This document shows positions 59,696-64,000 of a stretch of DNA of 64,000 bases, piece by piece. Below the pieces are notes generated by a model. The model was given only the letters and a program-made list of their open reading frames with translations. It was not told where the DNA came from and did no database searches. Within the stretch, counting starts at the first letter, position 1; each line of letters opens with the position of its first letter. The DNA lies in assembly GCA_002633005.1 (NCBI GenBank), contig NMRA01000067.1, positions 216,752 through 280,751 on the forward strand. The letters are read 5' to 3'. This stretch comes from Phoronis australis (lineage: Eukaryota; Animalia; Phoronida). The translations under genes were made by a program, and so were the position numbers.

Positions 59696-62600
59696 GTAAG
59701 TAGTTTGCAAATTTCGGTATTGTCATTCAGTCAGTTCAGAAACGTACCAATAAACAGACTTATTTATCCACAACATGAAAAACCATAAGCTTAGAAAAGT
59801 AAGCCTGGATGCCTTTCCTAAAGCACGTGAATTCGGCAGTTAGTGGTCCACACTATTGTTAGCCATAGAAACCGGCGTTGACTGTAAGTTTCCAGTCCGG
59901 CGGCATTCTAAGCCATAAATAGTCCTCAAGTACTACTTCAATACCTCTCACTCCGGTATATTACACCATCAGATCATGACACGTTGCGTGAACAGGGGTA
60001 AACATTCAATAGAAAATAACAACACAAGGGAGGTGAGGGCAGGTGCACTCCCAATAGTTTGCAGGCGTAAGGTTAAGCCGTGGCAACAGGCATATACGTG
60101 GGGCCCGAAGCAGTCGAGAAAAGAAAGACAGCGAAACAGCGAAAAGAGAGAAAATTCGAGAGAGCATTTGTCTACTATCAGTGCTTGATTTACCCTTTGA
60201 GGGTCCTGGCCAGGTCATTGTTGTTAGGGGGGAAGGGGTTCATTTTTGCAGCCGTTATCTAAACGCACTTAAAAACCTGCACTTAATCATTCAAACATAT
60301 CGAGAAAGTCAAGCAAATTTGTTAAGCACAGCTTTTGCAGAGTATACTTCAAAGGATTTTTAAATTAAAACAGAAACTATATTTCTGCAGAGCCATCTGT
60401 CGCTGACTTTTTTCGAACTTGTATATCACGTGATAAAAATTGAGAGCCTGACAGAGGGCATCATTTGTTTTTCATTTCTGTTTTTTTGAAATCATAGATC
60501 CTTTCTTATTTAGACGCCCAGCCTTGGAGGTGGGACCATTAATGGCATACATGCCGCCATTCTTTTTTTCTCTTGATATCTTCTCAAGGGACTGCTAACG
60601 GAGAGAGTCCAAAGATAGAATCGATTACCTCTACTTTCCTGTTTCTGTGAAACCTTACAACCTTTTATGTCAAAGAAGGCTACTTCTTGGAGTGTCACAC
60701 GCTGATGGAATTAACTGTCGTTCTTTCCATTTTGTTTTAGTGATATTTAGTCTTTCTTATTAAGAGGTTCCATTTCAGACGGAATCCTCTCTCAGAGGTC
60801 AGGGGCAATTGCTCCGTTGCCCTCTATAAGTTAGGCATCGTCAACCATTCACGAGGGAAGAAGACAAGATTACAAATTCATCGAAAAAACACAAAACAAA
60901 TTCGCGCAGTATCAAAACATTCGGTCCAAAAACAAAGAATTATTATACTGAAAAATACAATAGGATAGACCGCCATCGAAGGGTGGAACTTCAAGACCAT
61001 TGTGAATTTCACGAAAGTAATATTCCCAATGGTTTTATAACGATAAAATGTCGATACTTTTGCCAGTAGTATCATTGTAGTAGAATTTTGTTTGAAGATT
61101 GTTACTGGGAGTTTTTCGTAAGAAACTTGCTCATGTCGAACAGACTGACGGGGGTTCCATTTTTGATGTCCGTGTACAGAGTGCACGTCTAACTGTTTAA
61201 GGTACTCTAAGTACATGGTCTGGCAATCATAAACGAAGTTTTCAGCGATTTTCGGAGTACAAGTTTATCTCATAAACCGTCGTGCCAAGAATTGTACTAC
61301 GACACGTGACTGTCTTCAATTTCCACCTGCTGACTGCTGATTCATAACTCTTGGTAATTGACCAATTATTTTGCACAGCCAGCAGAATTAAAAAGAAGCA
61401 GAACAGCAGTAGACTATCTATTGCTAGCCCAAGTGGTGTAATAATTAATTCTTTAGATAAAAAATAGTCAACTTAAAACGGTACTATCAGCTGCCTGCTG
61501 CGCCCACAGACGACGTAATTACCTACAGCTGAATGATTTCTTGGAACTGAGATAATGGCGGATTTTAAAGTTAGCGAACCGATCGAGTTGTCCAATCTCG
61601 ACCGGTGAGGGTGTTAACGTAGGATTCTTAACGTAGGATTCTTTTCATACCAATAACTACCCATGGAATGAATTAACACGACTAAATTCGGAAAATTTCT
61701 TGGGGCCCCTCAAACCCCACGGGTTGCCTCGTCTCCAATGTTGCCCCGGTTCCCCGTTAATAGTCTACGGTTGAACTTCTCGATACTTTGTCTCGGAGGT
61801 CAGAAAGCGCATTGTTTTCACTTACTTAGGTTTGGAATGTCAGACATATTTTTACAGGTCATGTCGGAAAAAGTCGAGGTGTATATCCGTGGAAATATTC
61901 CCAATATCAACGGTTTAAAAGTACCGAATTAAAAGGTATCTTCAAGAAAGGGGATCCTGTTCATTTCAAACTAAATTAACCCGACGAACTTGCTTAATAT
62001 ACTCGCTCCGCATTTTTTGTCTTTGATAGATGTCGGAAAAGCGACTCGAACTAACATCACGCAACCACTGAAATTTGTCAAATTTACCCAACATGTAAAG
62101 AATACAACTACAAAGATGAACGACTAGGCCACAAAAGAGCTTGATGGATATTGCGCAACGCCAGACATAACTGACATCGGCAGTGTGCATGCGCAGCAGG
62201 CAGCTAGCTAGATTGGACTAAGGGGGCTCAGAACAGTTCTCAGTGGGGTTTGCCTATCAGTCAATGCACGGCGTCACTCTTTCTTCACTCTCAAAAACTT
62301 TATGCAAGTTTTAGGTCATTTCACATCACAAGCCCTACAGATGAGCACAGAAACTTTATTCTCTCTTGTATTTTTTACCCTTTCGCTCCTACTGAAGAGC
62401 AAGGTAGACTAAGAAAAACGGGGGGAACACATAATCGGCACATTTCACCCCAAACTACCACTTTCCTGCCGATGCACGACTAAAGCCAACAATAGATTCT
62501 GAAAGCAAACTTCCTACCAATTCCAAAAATGTGATCCAAAAGTACTGTCAACCAACTAGTTTTTTGCAAATCTGGCTTGTTTGAGGGCTACCTGAAATCG

Positions 62601-63048
62601 CAGCCAATTTCTCAGTCGCTAGTCAGCAATGCACAATTGCAACCGGGGGCCACCATCTTCAAGAAGAGTGCAGCTACAGCCGAGAAAGTGCTCTTTTTTC
62701 ATTCTCAGCATGTTCACAAACACAAACCAACCACATTCACTGAGCCTACCTCTAGATTTTAATGTTTTGACGTGGCAAAATGGCCGCGGACGCACCCTAA
62801 CTGTTCAGTGTCACCTAAGACCACGGTACGAGTAGCTGATTTTGACCTTATCACTGGCTTGGGTCAACCAAAGCACTTGTTTGCACAGGTCTCGGACCCT
62901 TGAAAAAAGGCATAACTAACAGAAAGTACACTCTATGGGGTTTCTTTAAAAAAGAAGAAATTCAACAAAGCCACGTAGTTTTACCATGGTACATCCACCA
63001 TGAAAAAAATTCGAGATGACAAAAATGACCAAGAAGCGCGATTTTGGC

Positions 63049-64000
63049 GTTTTTTTCAATACGTTTATTATGTACACAACCGTAGCTCACAGAAGAACAA
63101 TACGATGTATGTTATAAATACACAAGCGTACTTCAGTACCATACACACCCCATTCACACCATAATCGACTACAGTCACACTTGTAATTATTAGCTTGTTA
63201 GAAAAAACTCCTTCTACAGGGATACATCTTTTTTCTAAAACGCTCATAATTCAAGCTCTTATAGTAAATTACCTTTTCGATGTTATGATATCAAAAAAAT
63301 TCATTTTCAGCCATTGCAAGCAGGGAGGTCTGGAATTTAACCAAGCCCTATATGTATGACATTTTACTAAGCAAATAACTTCACACTCCCAAAATACATG
63401 GCAAAGATTCTCGGGGTCTTTTCTACAGAATGTACAGAGTGGTGAATTAACTATTACCTATTTTAAATAAGAAACAATTTGTGCTAAGAATTCTGAGAGT
63501 AAGTCTTATTTGGAACCATTTAAGATTCGTGTCTTTAGTGAACGAAGAATTTAATCTATAAACAGTTCTCCACCATTCATCTGAAAGTTCTCTATTAATG
63601 CAGTCTTCCCGCTTACTTTGAAATTTTGTTTTCATACAAGCAAGTGACAAACTTATTATACACACTCTTCTCGTTTTTACATTTGTTGAGTAAAGTGGTA
63701 ATACACTCTGGGAGGCGAGAAAGAATGGTTTTTGACGAATCCACATGTCTAGGTAAGTTACGAACAGCACATGGCTCGCCCATGAATACAATGAATGGTG
63801 GAGAAACTCCATAATAATTACAAAAGTCTTCGTAAGACATCAAAGTACCGTAAGAATCTAACAAATCGTAAATACACACAACGCCCTTAGCATACCAACC
63901 CTCATAAAATTTGCATTTCTTGTCAATTGAGGTTTTGGGATTAAACCAAATTGGCCTGTAGGGACGAATTGCCTTGTTAACTGTGAAAATGGCAAACAAT
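63049..64000 (-). mobile_element. Decayed 3' end of L1/Tx1-type retrotransposon
   Basis: Frameshifted pieces PIWFNP...WYAKGVVCIYDLL and DTNLKWFQIRLTLRILSTNCFLFKIG, typical of the L1/Tx1 ORF2 C-terminus; minus-strand AATAAA at about 63064 followed by an A-run. Confidence 0.75.

Overview
AT-rich, intron-containing animal (probably invertebrate) genomic DNA; the species cannot be determined from the sequence. (1) 289-4413 holds the last four coding exons of a gene whose tail ends ...EMRGALV*, resembling a nephrin/Sns/SYG-2 cytoplasmic tail. (2) A head-to-tail array of three paralogous spliced genes encodes secreted, probably GPI-anchored serine beta-lactamase/peptidase-S12-like hydrolases (SxxK, YxN, HGG, plus a DUF3471-like C-terminal domain). 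Copy A is 10377-20625 (577 aa), copy B is 42926-53411 (575 aa) and copy C has only exon 1 in the window (59391-59695). Both complete copies need a GC-AG intron 2. (3) A dense nested-transposon knot spans 31-40.5 kb. An uninterrupted but 5'-truncated CR1/L2-group LINE (11-bp TSD) sits inside a 9-bp-TSD MITE. Beside it, a TTAA-specific Kolobok-like element carrying a dead THAP remnant is inserted into a copy of itself. (4) The window also holds many small MITEs with resolvable TSDs, HINE-like elements, tRNA-derived SINE heads, a 57-bp minisatellite, a 76-bp-arm palindrome and an L1/Tx1 3' end at the right edge. All calls are by-eye reading; no database searches were run.
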